A DNA stretch of 64,000 nucleotides, taken from Candidatus Uhrbacteria bacterium (GTDB lineage Bacteria > Patescibacteriota > Patescibacteriia > UBA9934 > GWF2-40-263). Below the pieces are notes generated by a model. It was not told the DNA's origin, did no database searches, and saw nothing but the letters and a program-made list of their open reading frames with translations. The DNA lies in contig JACPHX010000006.1 of assembly GCA_016188425.1 (NCBI GenBank), positions 28,585 through 92,584 on the forward strand, written 5' to 3'. Both the position numbers and the translations under genes were made by a program. This document shows positions 1 to 9,626 of this stretch, piece after piece. Every line of letters starts with the position of its first letter. Position 1 is the first letter of the stretch.

Positions 1-932
1 CGCGTCCAAATCCGCGTCACGGCAGCAGTGAATCTGCACGCCGTCGTCGATCACGCCGTCGCCGTCATTGTCCCGCCCGTCACAAATCTCGTGAGCGTTT
101 GGATGAACAGAGGAGTCGAAATCCGTGCTGACTCCGTCGATGTCGTCGCCATCCTCCAAGGACCAACCGTCGACCTCTTGGGGCAACTCTCCGTCTCGTG
201 TCAGACAGAACTTGTGTCCGTCCGTTTCCGAATTCGGGTCGTTGTATCCGAAGGTGTCCCCATCGTAGTCTGGATACGCGATCACCCCACCCTGAAGGTT
301 GGGGTCGGCGTTGTCGATAAGGTAGTCGCAGTCGTTATCCACGCCGTCGCACACTTCTGGCTGGTTCGGCGCACGATCGGTCCGAAGATCGTCGCAATCC
401 GAATGGTTATCCACGACAGGGACTCCTTCCGGAACCTCTTGCCCGCACCCGAGCGGATACTCGATGTTTCCACCGAATCCGTCGTGATCCGCGTCCACGT
501 AATAGACGTGTGCGGCCGCGGCTTCGGTCGTCGATGGATCGCAGTCGTTGTCGACCCCGTCGCAGAGCTCTTCAGCCCCTGGATGCGTGGCATCGTTGTC
601 GTCGTCGCAGTCGTCCGGCTCGTCGCTTTCTTGATCCTCCCGAAGAACATATCCTCGACGAGGACAGCCGTTGCGGCAATAGTCGCCGCCGAATCCGTCC
701 TTGTCGAGATCGAGGCAATAGAGTCCTCTCTCCTCGTCCGGACAGTCGACCTCATGACCGGCGTCGGTCTGAACCTCGCTCGCGTCCGTCGTTCCTGCGT
801 CTGCAGACGACGGCTGGGCATCGGTCTCGCCCGCGTCCGTCTCTTCTTCCTCTGGGGCTCGCCCGGTTGAGAGCGCGCACGCGCTCATGAGTGAAAGCGT
901 GGCCAGCATGGCCAACGTTGGGATTCTCATCG
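1..932 (-). CDS. Secreted lipoprotein, partial (C-terminus beyond window start), with 4 repeats of a C-x-D-G-V-D-N-D-C-D motif
   Basis: Minus-strand frame, not in the ORF table because it runs off the window edge. ATG at 930-932 (rc). N-terminus MRIPTLAMLATLSLMSAC is a signal peptide with a lipobox. Repeated CDGVDNDCD / CDGRDNDGDG motifs resemble the putative metal-binding Cys repeat of myxobacterial-type secreted proteins. Confidence 0.55.
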
Positions 933-1227
933 TTCCTTGTCTCCTTGGACACTTCCGTGCCCTTTTCTTCACTGGGATCGAAACATGAACCAAACACTGA
1001 AAACAAACGAAAGTACATCGATTGTAAACAACGTTTTTCCGAGGTCGTTTTGACCTCATCTCGTGGCAAACGGCCGCAAAATGAGCCCAAAATGACTCTT
1101 GTTTATATCAGTTTTTGGCCAATCTGTCAATATTTACGGTACAAAAAAGGGATCTGCGATCCGACGCGTCGCTACGGCGTCGGGGCAGACCCCTCAAGGA
1201 GGAGACGAGGGCGGGGCGGAAACAGGA

Positions 1228-2415
1228 TCATCCGTCGATGTCGATCATCGAGAGGCCGGAACGGGTCATCTCGTGCTCGGCGCCGCGGTTGACAGAGCCA
1301 TTGCTCATTCGGAACGTCCGATATCGAGGCTCCACGGGGCGGGAACTTCCTTCGTAGGTGCCGGTGACATCCATGTTTTCAGACACGGACGTTCCGGACC
1401 CGCTCCACACCGCGCCATCAATGACTTGCGATCCGGTCTCGCACTTGAAAGCGATACGGGCTCGCTCGAGCCGCTCGTTCTCACGGAGCGAGACGGTGAG
1501 CGTCCGGGCTCGACGATAGTAGCAGCTGGTGTCGACCCAACGCGTTCCCATGGGGTTCGCGTCGGTTCCGAACTCGCCGATGATGGCGTAGAGCTTGTCA
1601 CACGACCGACCAGCGTCGACCGTGAACCGAACTTCGTAGCTGCCGTTCAGGATCCCGAAGATGCCACCCGAGCAGTCCGACTCTCCCCAATTCGAGGCGC
1701 CGGGGCCGGAGGTGTTGGTTTCGGTTCCGCAGCTGGTTCCTTCCCAACCAATGTCACAACGACATCGGTTGCTGGAATCTTCATAGCCGTGGCCGTTGCA
1801 CTCCACAGTCGTGTTGATACGAGTGCTGCAGGTCGTCCCTTCCCAGCCTGAGTCGCAGTGGCAGTCGCCGTTGTTGTCTTCGTAGCCATGGCCGGAACAC
1901 TCGGCGGTGGTATCGACTCGATCGCCACAGTCGTTTCCCTCCCAATCCGAGTCGCAGTGACAGGTGCCGCTGCGATCTTCGTAGCCGTTCCCCGAGCATT
2001 CCTCGGTGACGACTTTGTGGCTACAAGAAGTGCCCTCCCAACCCGTGTCGCAGTGGCAGGTGCCATTGCGATCCTCGTAGCCGTGGCCGGTGCACTCTTC
2101 GCTGACGCACCCTTCGTCGACGTTGCCGTCGCAGTTGTTGTCGACGTTGTCACACGTATCGTCGGCCGCTCCCGGGTGAACCGACTTGTCGTCGTCCTTG
2201 CAGTCGCAACCCGTCTTGGCGCCGTCGACGCAGGCATCGTGCCCATCGTCGTCGGCGTCGACGGGTTTGCACTCGTCGTCCTTCATGGCGAGCCCGTCCT
2301 TGCAGACACACTCGCCGTCCTTGCGGACTTGGGTGTCGTCACACACCTTGTCCTTGTTTGAAACCGAGCAGCTGGCGGCCAATCCGCACAGCAGCATGAG
2401 GGTAACCAATCGCAT
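1228..2415 (-). CDS. Secreted lipoprotein with 4-5 EGF-like/tenascin-type Cys repeats (EECSGxGYEDxxGxCHCDxGWEGxxC)
   Basis: Internal start MRLVTLMLLCGLAASCS (lipobox) at 2413-2415 is preceded by GGAGGA 4 nt upstream. Regular Cys-spaced repeats; C-terminal ~130-aa domain of unknown type. Confidence 0.6.
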   Translation of the reverse strand: MRLVTLMLLCGLAASCSVSNKDKVCDDTQVRKDGECVCKDGLAMKDDECKPVDADDDGHDACVDGAKTGCDCKDDDKSVHPGAADDTCDNVDNNCDGNVDEGCVSEECTGHGYEDRNGTCHCDTGWEGTSCSHKVVTEECSGNGYEDRSGTCHCDSDWEGNDCGDRVDTTAECSGHGYEDNNGDCHCDSGWEGTTCSTRINTTVECNGHGYEDSSNRCRCDIGWEGTSCGTETNTSGPGASNWGESDCSGGIFGILNGSYEVRFTVDAGRSCDKLYAIIGEFGTDANPMGTRWVDTSCYYRRARTLTVSLRENERLERARIAFKCETGSQVIDGAVWSGSGTSVSENMDVTGTYEGSSRPVEPRYRTFRMSNGSVNRGAEHEMTRSGLSMIDIDG

Positions 2416-2609
2416 GACATCCTCCTTCGGGAACCGCGTCCCAGCACACAAAGAGATGATCTTCGTGGTTTTTGAGAACGGCGGAACCGTAACACGCAAA
2501 CAGCTCATTGTCAAGAGCAAAAACCCCGTTTGCGCGTCAAAAAGAAAAGGGTGGGCTGCCTCGAACCGAAGTCCGTGGCTGCCGCACCCGTAACGCGAGA
2601 AACATGTTG

Positions 2610-3722
2610 TCAGAACGTGATGGCCGCCGACAACTCGACCGGGACACCGTACTGGTCTTCAGGCCCCTCTTTGGCCTTTCCTGCCGGATCATTGTCGATG
2701 TCGGTGATTTCACCACCAACGAGAAGTCGAAAATTGAGCAATGGGAACGGATCCCGAATCTTCCCCTCCTTTGGCTCTCCCCCGAGTGCGATGTCCAGGC
2801 CGAGACCACCCTTGAACTGGTAGTCCACGGAGGCAGAATCTGACGGGAGCCCGTTGTTCGTGGCTCCACTGATCCCCACAAGGAAACCGCCCCAAACCGC
2901 GTCCGACATCTGCCAAAGCATGAACTCGCCCTTAAAACCGATGGCCATGCCGTTGCCGTCGTCGAAATCGTGGCTCAACCCCAGGCCGACCCGGAGATCC
3001 ATATATGAATTCGTCTCCGAGTTGAGGGTTTTGAACCAAACCCCTTGAACTTCAGGAACAAGCGTGAATCCGCCCCGTTCCACGACCTCATAGGTCGGGT
3101 GAACGAAAATACCGAGACCGAGGGCGAAATGGAGGCCGTCGAAGGCGACGACTTGCTTGAGCGTGTCGATATCCTCCAGGGCCTGCTTCCAGACGTCACT
3201 CTCGAAGATGGCGAGCTGCGCCGTCTCCGAGAAGGTTTCCCGAATGTTCTGGATCGCGCCGGGCAAGTCGTAGTCGACCTTGCGCGCGACCGCGATCGCG
3301 GCCGTGGCCGCCCGCTCGAGGTCGGCGATCTTTTCACCCTGCACCTTGTCGCTCTTCTGCAGGTTGGCAATGCTGCCGCCCTGCTTCTTGATCTGCTTGA
3401 GCGCACCCACGAGGTCATCCGCGTCCTTCTCTTCGTCCGACAGAGCCCGTCGAACCGGCTTACAGGTCGCGTCGTCCCAGGTGCAGTACCTCTCCCCCTT
3501 GCACTTGGAGTAGGAGGACTTGTACTCCTTGATCTCCTTTGCCCAGGTCGTCGTGACGGACTTTGCCAAGTCCGCGGCGCACATGTCGACGGGGTCGCTC
3601 AAGACATGACCCAGTTCCGTCAGCTTGCAGTTCGCGAAACTCGAATTGCAAGCATAGGGGTCGCCGTCGGCGTAGGCCGTCGCGGTGAACAGTGAAATGA
3701 AACCGATGATCGTGCCTCGCAT
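2610..3722 (-). CDS. Secreted protein with C-terminal beta-barrel-like region ending in Phe; candidate outer-membrane protein
   Basis: Signal peptide MRGTIIGFISLFTATAYA. Alternating hydrophobic beta-strand-like segments in the last ~200 aa. C-terminal ...SAAITF (terminal aromatic residue typical of OMP beta-barrels). AAGGGAG Shine-Dalgarno upstream. Confidence 0.5.
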   Translation of the reverse strand: MRGTIIGFISLFTATAYADGDPYACNSSFANCKLTELGHVLSDPVDMCAADLAKSVTTTWAKEIKEYKSSYSKCKGERYCTWDDATCKPVRRALSDEEKDADDLVGALKQIKKQGGSIANLQKSDKVQGEKIADLERAATAAIAVARKVDYDLPGAIQNIRETFSETAQLAIFESDVWKQALEDIDTLKQVVAFDGLHFALGLGIFVHPTYEVVERGGFTLVPEVQGVWFKTLNSETNSYMDLRVGLGLSHDFDDGNGMAIGFKGEFMLWQMSDAVWGGFLVGISGATNNGLPSDSASVDYQFKGGLGLDIALGGEPKEGKIRDPFPLLNFRLLVGGEITDIDNDPAGKAKEGPEDQYGVPVELSAAITF

Positions 3723-4086
3723 GACACTCTCCCTTCCCCGTATCGGGGGGTTGTATGCCCCGCGCGGGGCGGTTTGTTGTGTGCGTGAGCGAGTTCGGTA
3801 CTTACGATTGTTAAGGTTCGCACCTTAGAAGGACCGTCCTCGCTTCTTTTTTCGGCCTTCCGTGGTCCGGCCGCCACGCCACAAGGAGGAGATGTGACGG
3901 AACGATCGGACCGCGGAAATCCGGAAAATTGATAGCATGAACCTGCGGCTTTTTCCCTCAAAAAGAGCGAGGCCGAACCGTATCACGCTTTCCGGCCTCT
4001 GTCAACAGTAAAAACCGCGTTTGTGGAAAACCTCCGTTGACGGCAGGGCGCCCGCTGCTAAGATGCGCGCAACAAAAAAGAAGGGT

Positions 4087-4165
4087 TGTGCGGCTTGGTG
4101 CAGCGGTCAGGATGTCTCCTCCTCATCCCGATTTGCCAGACCAAGCCGTGCATTCCTTCTTTTTT
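4087..4165. terminator. Hairpin (gcggcttggt...accaagccg) flanked by A- and T-tracts on both sides; likely bidirectional rho-independent terminator after the Wzz-like gene
   Basis: ~10-bp stem with T-run (ccttcttttttt) on plus and a complementary T-run on minus; located directly 3' of the minus-strand gene ending at 4188. Confidence 0.4.
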
Positions 4166-4187
4166 TGTCTTATCTTTGACGTTTTTT

Positions 4188-4835
4188 CTACCCGACTCCT
4201 CCATGAGTGATTTGATGCCGTCGACGAATACGCTCACTTTTGAGCAAGACAAATCCCACGCCACCGAATAGGCCGATGATAAAACCAGAAAATGCGTTTA
4301 TCAGAAAATTGGGCTTCACGGGAAAACGCGAGTTGAGCGGGGCGTCAATAAGCCGCACCGTGACATTTCCTCCCGATGTGTACTGGCCGACATTCTGGAC
4401 AAAAATCTGCGAGACGGCACGGACGAGCTGTTCTGCTTGCGCCACATCCTGATGATAGGCCGTCAGGGTCAGCACCCCTGTCCCGCGCATGACGGAAGCG
4501 TCTACGGCTTTCTGCCACGCCCGGCGCCGCTCGCGATCACCAGAGGGGAATGTGTTTTGGTCGATAGAAAACCCGGCTTGCATGACTTGGTCGAAAAAGG
4601 TTGTGGTGTAAAGAAGCGTCACCAGATTATCCGCGATCCGTTCCTCGGAACGGCTCGTGGTATACGCATCAACCGAAACTCCCAACTGTTGCTGCACCAA
4701 AAGCCGCGCGGTGGAGGAATACCGCAAGGGTTGGAGAAGGGAAAGAAGCACCGCGAGCACCGCTCCGATCACGGCAAACATGCTGATCGTCGGAAGACCG
4801 CGGCGGACATCGAGAGCTTGAAATGAGGAAGGCAT
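4188..4835 (-). CDS. Wzz/CpsC-like polysaccharide chain-length determinant (short form, 2 TM)
   Basis: N-terminal TM (MFAVIGAVLAVLLSLL), LRYSSTARLLV-type Wzz motif, C-terminal TM (FSGFIIGLFGGVGFVLL). Confidence 0.5.
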   Translation of the reverse strand: MPSSFQALDVRRGLPTISMFAVIGAVLAVLLSLLQPLRYSSTARLLVQQQLGVSVDAYTTSRSEERIADNLVTLLYTTTFFDQVMQAGFSIDQNTFPSGDRERRRAWQKAVDASVMRGTGVLTLTAYHQDVAQAEQLVRAVSQIFVQNVGQYTSGGNVTVRLIDAPLNSRFPVKPNFLINAFSGFIIGLFGGVGFVLLKSERIRRRHQITHGGVG

Positions 4836-4849
4836 AGACGAAGTATAGC

Positions 4850-5917
4850 TTATTGTGTCTTTTCCGACATCAAAGAACCAAGCGTTGCCTCGGTCTCCGT
4901 GAAGACGGTTCCCCGCTTAAAGCGAATGGTTACCGTGGTAAGAGGATCATACGGAAGAAGAAGTTCATCCAAGCTTCGATCGCTTGTCATGGGGACTCCA
5001 TCCACCGACATAATAATATCTCCTGGCTGTATGCCAGCAGCGGCCGCCGCTCCAAACGGGACAACGGTTTTTACTAACGCTCCCCCCGTCTCGGACGTTT
5101 GTTCTTTTGATGACAAAGACCGACCGAGGTCGATAAACGTCAGGCCAAGAGAGGCACGATTGAGAACTCCATTTTTCAACAGTGACCGCAACGAAGGGAG
5201 AATGAAATCGATGGGTAACAATTCTATTCCTGCATCATCAGCAATCATAAGACCGAGCAGCTTCCCTTCAGAGGAAAAAACCGTCGACCCCGGGCCCATG
5301 TCCGCAGAAGAGGAAAGAAGCAAGTGACGGGTTGGCGTATCGGCAGAAAATGATAGTGCCGGCCTCCAGCGCCATCCGTATGCGGTTGAAAAGAATCCAC
5401 CTTGGCTGCTTGGCATGACAAACACTTCCTCTCCCATCGAGAGCGTAAGTGCCTCCCCAAGGGGAACAACCGACGCCTGCGCGGAGGACACCTTCGCATA
5501 CACCACAGGCAGGACATCGTCTTGCACAATCTGCTCGATCGGCAACAATGCGCCTCCAATCAAAATAGAGGCGGTGTTGTAACTCCCCGCTGCCGCCATA
5601 GACGGAAGAAGGATCCAGCCATCAGAACTCAATGCCACCCCATGGGCAAATGCCAACGCCGGAGGAAAATTCTCCCCCACCTGGTCGTTTTGATACACAT
5701 CAACCACACTCCGGCGCACGCGTTCATTCAGCAGCTGGGCTGTGAGAATTGGTGCCTTCCCCACCCCCTGGATCGTCGCCGTGTTAAAGGATGCTAGGAG
5801 CGAATCGGCATACCGATCCAACGACAAGGAAAACACGGACGCCGCGACAAAACCAGAAGCAGCCCCGACCAGCAGGGAAAAAAGAAGCCAAGTAAACGGA
5901 GGGCGAAAAGATGCCAT
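4850..5917 (-). CDS. HtrA-like trypsin-fold plus PDZ protein, probably catalytically degenerate (pseudo-protease)
   Basis: Trypsin-like fold plus C-terminal PDZ-like region (GIQPGDIIMSVDGVPM). Positions that align with the HtrA catalytic His and the GNSGG Ser motif read ILLPSM and ADMGPGS. N-terminal TM. Confidence 0.45.
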   Translation of the reverse strand: MASFRPPFTWLLFSLLVGAASGFVAASVFSLSLDRYADSLLASFNTATIQGVGKAPILTAQLLNERVRRSVVDVYQNDQVGENFPPALAFAHGVALSSDGWILLPSMAAAGSYNTASILIGGALLPIEQIVQDDVLPVVYAKVSSAQASVVPLGEALTLSMGEEVFVMPSSQGGFFSTAYGWRWRPALSFSADTPTRHLLLSSSADMGPGSTVFSSEGKLLGLMIADDAGIELLPIDFILPSLRSLLKNGVLNRASLGLTFIDLGRSLSSKEQTSETGGALVKTVVPFGAAAAAGIQPGDIIMSVDGVPMTSDRSLDELLLPYDPLTTVTIRFKRGTVFTETEATLGSLMSEKTQ

Positions 5918-5918
5918 A

Positions 5919-6683
5919 TCAGTACCACGTTGATGTAGACACAATAAGAGCGATCAAAAAAACAAACGCCGCTGTGTATCTTCTTACCACTGAACGGGAC
6001 AATTTTTCAAGAAAAAACGCGCGCGTAACCCCTAAAAACGCATACGCAATAAGCGTCACGAACAACGCGTTGGTATAAGGGCCAGAAGGGAGAAACGAAA
6101 AAACCAAAAAACTTTCTGCCAACAGGACACTCCCCCCCAAACTCACCATGCGCACCCGTTTCCCTTCCAGCTTACAAGTCCACAACGTCGCCTGCATAAG
6201 AAAATAACCACCGACCAACAAAAAAGGAAGGAACAAAAAAATGGGGGGATGAAGCACGGCCCTCAAAAAAAAGGCGATGCTTTCCATGAAAAAAACCGTC
6301 AGAAGAAGCAGGAGCGTTGAAATATTCTCAATGGCATGCATCTGGTAGCGAACCGGAAGGTGGAAAAAAGTGAAAATATGTTCCGAGAAAAAAAGGACAA
6401 ATAACGCCGCTGTCGCCGCCACCGCGATGCGCATATTTTCCTGCTCGAGCAAAAACACAAACCCAAAACTTGAAAGCAAAAAGAGGATCGGCAGGGACCA
6501 AAGATACCAAAACTCGGACTCACGGATGCGAAAACCAAGCAAACGGCCCGCAAGCAAAGCGCTCACCCCCACACTAACCGCTACCGAAAACAGCGGCGGC
6601 ATCTTTTCCGTGAGCAAAACATAAAATCCCCATGCGGTTATGCCGGCTAAGAAAAACGGAGTGACCCGATGCAATAAGATCAT
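5919..6683 (-). CDS. Polytopic integral membrane protein, unknown function
   Basis: Six or more hydrophobic segments; no recognisable motif. Confidence 0.4.
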   Translation of the reverse strand: MILLHRVTPFFLAGITAWGFYVLLTEKMPPLFSVAVSVGVSALLAGRLLGFRIRESEFWYLWSLPILFLLSSFGFVFLLEQENMRIAVAATAALFVLFFSEHIFTFFHLPVRYQMHAIENISTLLLLLTVFFMESIAFFLRAVLHPPIFLFLPFLLVGGYFLMQATLWTCKLEGKRVRMVSLGGSVLLAESFLVFSFLPSGPYTNALFVTLIAYAFLGVTRAFFLEKLSRSVVRRYTAAFVFLIALIVSTSTWY

Positions 6684-6711
6684 ACTTCCTCCCCACGGGG
6701 AACAGCAATCG

Positions 6712-7425
6712 TCATTCTATATGGATCTCGACCCCGCCCGGATGCACCTGAATATCGGTAAGGTGCGGCACTCCCGCGTTCTCCCCCGAAGGCAAGACAG
6801 AAAAAAGTTTGCGGCTCGATTCCTCTATCGTGCCAGCGAGCATCCAGTTTGGCAACGGCACAGAACCGATCTTCCACGAGACCAGATCCAACCTCCATCC
6901 ACCTCCCACCCCCCCAACCCCCCCTCCGGCAGTGGGGGCTTCCTTTCTGGGTGTCAAGACCACCTCCAGGTGTCCAGGACGGTCATGCAACGGGATGAAT
7001 AATGTGAGCTCCCCTTCCCCTGATTGGATGACCGTTTGATCACGGTCTATATACTCTGATGCGGGAATCGCTCGACGGATGGTCGTGGACAAAATCGCAT
7101 CTGTGAGCACAAACGTTCGCCCCGATGGCGCTTGCCCATTCGTCGAGGATCCGGCAAGGGAGGATCCGCGTAAAGAGGAGAGAAGATATTCCTCTATCCC
7201 ACGCTCATCTGGAATAATCTTGGGAATCGAGCCCGGTGACACAATACGAGAAAAAACCGGCACAGAAAAAACACCAGAGGCAGCAAGGAGCCATCCAGCG
7301 CCACCAGACAACAGGAGCAGAAACACGACGGGAGCCAGACAACAAAACCAACGGCGACGAGATCCAGGAGCCGATGGAGGAACGACCACGGAAACGGCGG
7401 GCACCCCTTTCTCAACGCGCGCCAT
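6712..7425 (-). CDS. Hypothetical membrane-anchored protein
   Basis: ORF with N-terminal TM (LAPVVFLLLLSGGAGWLL). Start chosen at MARVEKG to limit overlap with the upstream gene; start uncertain. Confidence 0.35.
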   Translation of the reverse strand: MARVEKGVPAVSVVVPPSAPGSRRRWFCCLAPVVFLLLLSGGAGWLLAASGVFSVPVFSRIVSPGSIPKIIPDERGIEEYLLSSLRGSSLAGSSTNGQAPSGRTFVLTDAILSTTIRRAIPASEYIDRDQTVIQSGEGELTLFIPLHDRPGHLEVVLTPRKEAPTAGGGVGGVGGGWRLDLVSWKIGSVPLPNWMLAGTIEESSRKLFSVLPSGENAGVPHLTDIQVHPGGVEIHIE

Positions 7426-7855
7426 AGGAAGGGGATGGGATGAGCCACAAAGCATCCTGCCGCACCTGCGAGAGCGCCTGTAATGCAGAAACGGTGTCGC
7501 GGGATTGTTTGAGCGCATCCATGTAGGCGGTGAGTCCGACGATCAGAGCCAAATGCGTCTCGCGATCGTCGGCGCCAACACGCAACGACAACAAGGCCTC
7601 TCGCGCTTGCTCTGTCGCGGAGAGGCGCACTATTGGATCCGACGTGCCCCCGAGCACTTGGTCGAACTGCTCCAACGTTGCATTGGCCGCCTGACGATAC
7701 TCCGAGGCATCTACCTTTTTCTCTGTGACAGGAACCACAGAAGTAGGATGCGGACGCACCTGCAAAATGACCGCAATCAACAGCACCGCGGTCAGAGCGA
7801 TTAAAATAAGCGGGAACAAAAAAGACGGACGATGGGTCGTGCGTAAGATGTTCAT
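7412..7855 (-). CDS. Hypothetical membrane-anchored protein
   Basis: N-terminal TM (FLFPLILIALTAVLLIAVIL) then a soluble domain; 4-nt overlap with upstream transporter gene, suggesting an operon. Confidence 0.4.
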   Translation of the reverse strand: MNILRTTHRPSFLFPLILIALTAVLLIAVILQVRPHPTSVVPVTEKKVDASEYRQAANATLEQFDQVLGGTSDPIVRLSATEQAREALLSLRVGADDRETHLALIVGLTAYMDALKQSRDTVSALQALSQVRQDALWLIPSPSYGAR

Positions 7856-8892
7856 ACGGGGAGAGAATCACGATGATCAATAATATCTTCTACGATAACG
7901 GCTAAGATGGTCGAGAGCGGGATCGCGAGCAATGCCCCTGTGGCCCCGCCCACGCGCGCGCCCACCAGGAGGGCGACGATGCTGACAACGGGATGAAGGC
8001 CAACGGAACGCTGCATGATCTTCGGAACAAGGATATGGTTTTCCACCTGCTGCACCAGGACGTAGAGCACACACACGGCGATCCCCTGCCAGAAACTTTC
8101 CCCAAAACCCAGGAGCGCCGCCGGTAAAAAAGCCAAGAGCGGCCCCGCGTAAGGAATAATCTCAAAGAGCCCAGCCATCAATGCCAACAGAAGGGCGTAT
8201 TCAACGCCGATAAGACGAAGGCCTATGTACACCACGATCCCCAAGGTGAGCCCAAGAAGAAGCTGCGCGCGAAGCCAAGACCCGATGCGCTGCTGCATCT
8301 GGGCAAAGAGACGAGTCACGTAGGGGTGATACTCCTCTGGAAGAAATTGTTTGAAGAATTTCCGCGCGGCGTCTTCTTCAACCACGAGATAAAACGCCAA
8401 CGAGAAGGTAATGAGGAGCGCCGCCACTCCCCCCAAGAATCCTTTCACTGTTGAAAGGAACGGCGAGATGGAATCGGCGGCGGTATTGGGCAAAGACCCA
8501 ATGGTTGCGTGCACACTTTGTGCCAACCCCGATACCCAAGGCCCTTGCAAGGTCTCGGACGACTCCAAACTCCCCAGCGTATCCGCAAGTTGGCTCAAAA
8601 ACGATGACGCTTCCGCGATGATCACCGGAAACAACTGAATAAGGAGAAACACCATGATGAGCCCAAGCACGACATATACCCCGATCGCAGCGAGCGCGCG
8701 AGGAATATGCCGCCGTGCCAGAGCGGAGGCAAACGGATCGATAAGAGCCGCGAGCACGACCGCGCACAAGACGATTGCAAGCACGCCGCGCAAGTACCAC
8801 AGGAGCCAAAATCCCAATACAAACGCCGCCGCACTAAAAAAGGTCGTGGCTGAAATCGTAATCGTTTGTGCCGGCTTGCCGCGTAGGGGCAT
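7852..8892 (-). CDS. AI-2E family transporter (UPF0118/PerM-like)
   Basis: ~345 aa, 7-8 TM, typical AI-2E topology and length. Start at MPLRGK (ATG at 8890-8892 rc). Confidence 0.55.
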   Translation of the reverse strand: MPLRGKPAQTITISATTFFSAAAFVLGFWLLWYLRGVLAIVLCAVVLAALIDPFASALARRHIPRALAAIGVYVVLGLIMVFLLIQLFPVIIAEASSFLSQLADTLGSLESSETLQGPWVSGLAQSVHATIGSLPNTAADSISPFLSTVKGFLGGVAALLITFSLAFYLVVEEDAARKFFKQFLPEEYHPYVTRLFAQMQQRIGSWLRAQLLLGLTLGIVVYIGLRLIGVEYALLLALMAGLFEIIPYAGPLLAFLPAALLGFGESFWQGIAVCVLYVLVQQVENHILVPKIMQRSVGLHPVVSIVALLVGARVGGATGALLAIPLSTILAVIVEDIIDHRDSLPV

Positions 8893-9073
8893 AGATAAAT
8901 GAAGTATAGCAGATTGGTACACAGAAAAAACAAAAGAAAAAGCCAGCTGTTTCAAGCCGACTTGTTCTGCTGGTGGACCACGTACCAAACCTGGTACCTG
9001 GACGGTTGGTGGCAGAGCAACGACGAATGTGGTTGCTCTGCGGTTTAACCAACCATGAACCAGGTTTGGTACG

Positions 9074-9478
9074 TGGTGGAGCTGGGGGGAATCGAACCCC
9101 CGTCTGGAACCGATAAACGGTAGGCACTACGCGTGTAGTCTCATTTTATACCTCCTGCACAGGGAAACGAGACAAACGCATGCAGAAGGGTCGATGAATG
9201 TCAGGACAAAGACATCAACGAGTCTTTGTCCTTAAGCTCGACGCCATATGACACACGCATTCCCCTATCGAGCAGCGCGAAATGCGGGTGGGCTATCCAC
9301 AAGGGACTAAAGTCGTTTTTAGGCGACAGCCAGAGCAAGGGAAGGAACGCGCAAAGCGCTCTTCACCTGGTTCCAAAGATTGGCATGTTTGATGTGTACC
9401 GGTGTGAGTACGAGGGTCGGTACCCCCTCGACACGCTCCTGCCGATGACCAGGCCCCATCGAAGGCCATGTCAGCCCC
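9074..9478 (-). ncRNA. ssrA: tmRNA (ssrA), ~405 nt, tag peptide ANLWNQVKSALRVPSLALAVA*
   Basis: 5' end GGGGCUGACAUGGCCUUCGAUGGGG; 3' end GACGGGGGUUCGAUUCCCCCCAGCUCCACCA. Acceptor stem GGGGCUG/CAGCUCC includes the G3:U70 alanine identity pair. In-frame tag ORF ends in ...LALAVA followed by UAA. Lies directly downstream of smpB on the same strand. Confidence 0.75.
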
Positions 9479-9626
9479 GTACCTTTCCCAAAGACGTTCG
9501 TGGGCAATCGAAAGTATGTCTGTCGACAACGCCTACGGCTTCGGTTGGTGGCGATCCTAACGGGTGGTGTTAGGAAAGGTACGGGGCAGGCCCCTCATTC
9601 GCTTGGGGAAGAGGGACAGTCATGGA

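Noticed and set aside
1099-2361. Several 135-250-aa plus- and minus-strand ORFs (1099..1851, 1647..2246, 1858..2361)
   Set aside because: All overlap the EGF-repeat lipoprotein gene (1228..2415, -) in other frames; low-complexity Ala/Arg/Thr-rich translations.
3045-3695. 216-aa plus-strand ORF
   Set aside because: Antisense to the better-supported minus-strand secreted protein (signal peptide, SD, C-terminal Phe); typical high-GC antisense ORF.
4039-4165. Possible ~90-nt plus-strand sRNA (TTGACG-N16-TAAGAT promoter, hairpin with CUCCUCC in the loop, U-tract)
   Set aside because: The hairpin plus T-run is more simply the terminator of the minus-strand Wzz-like operon (complementary T-run on that strand); the promoter match is weak. 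Kept only as a terminator feature.
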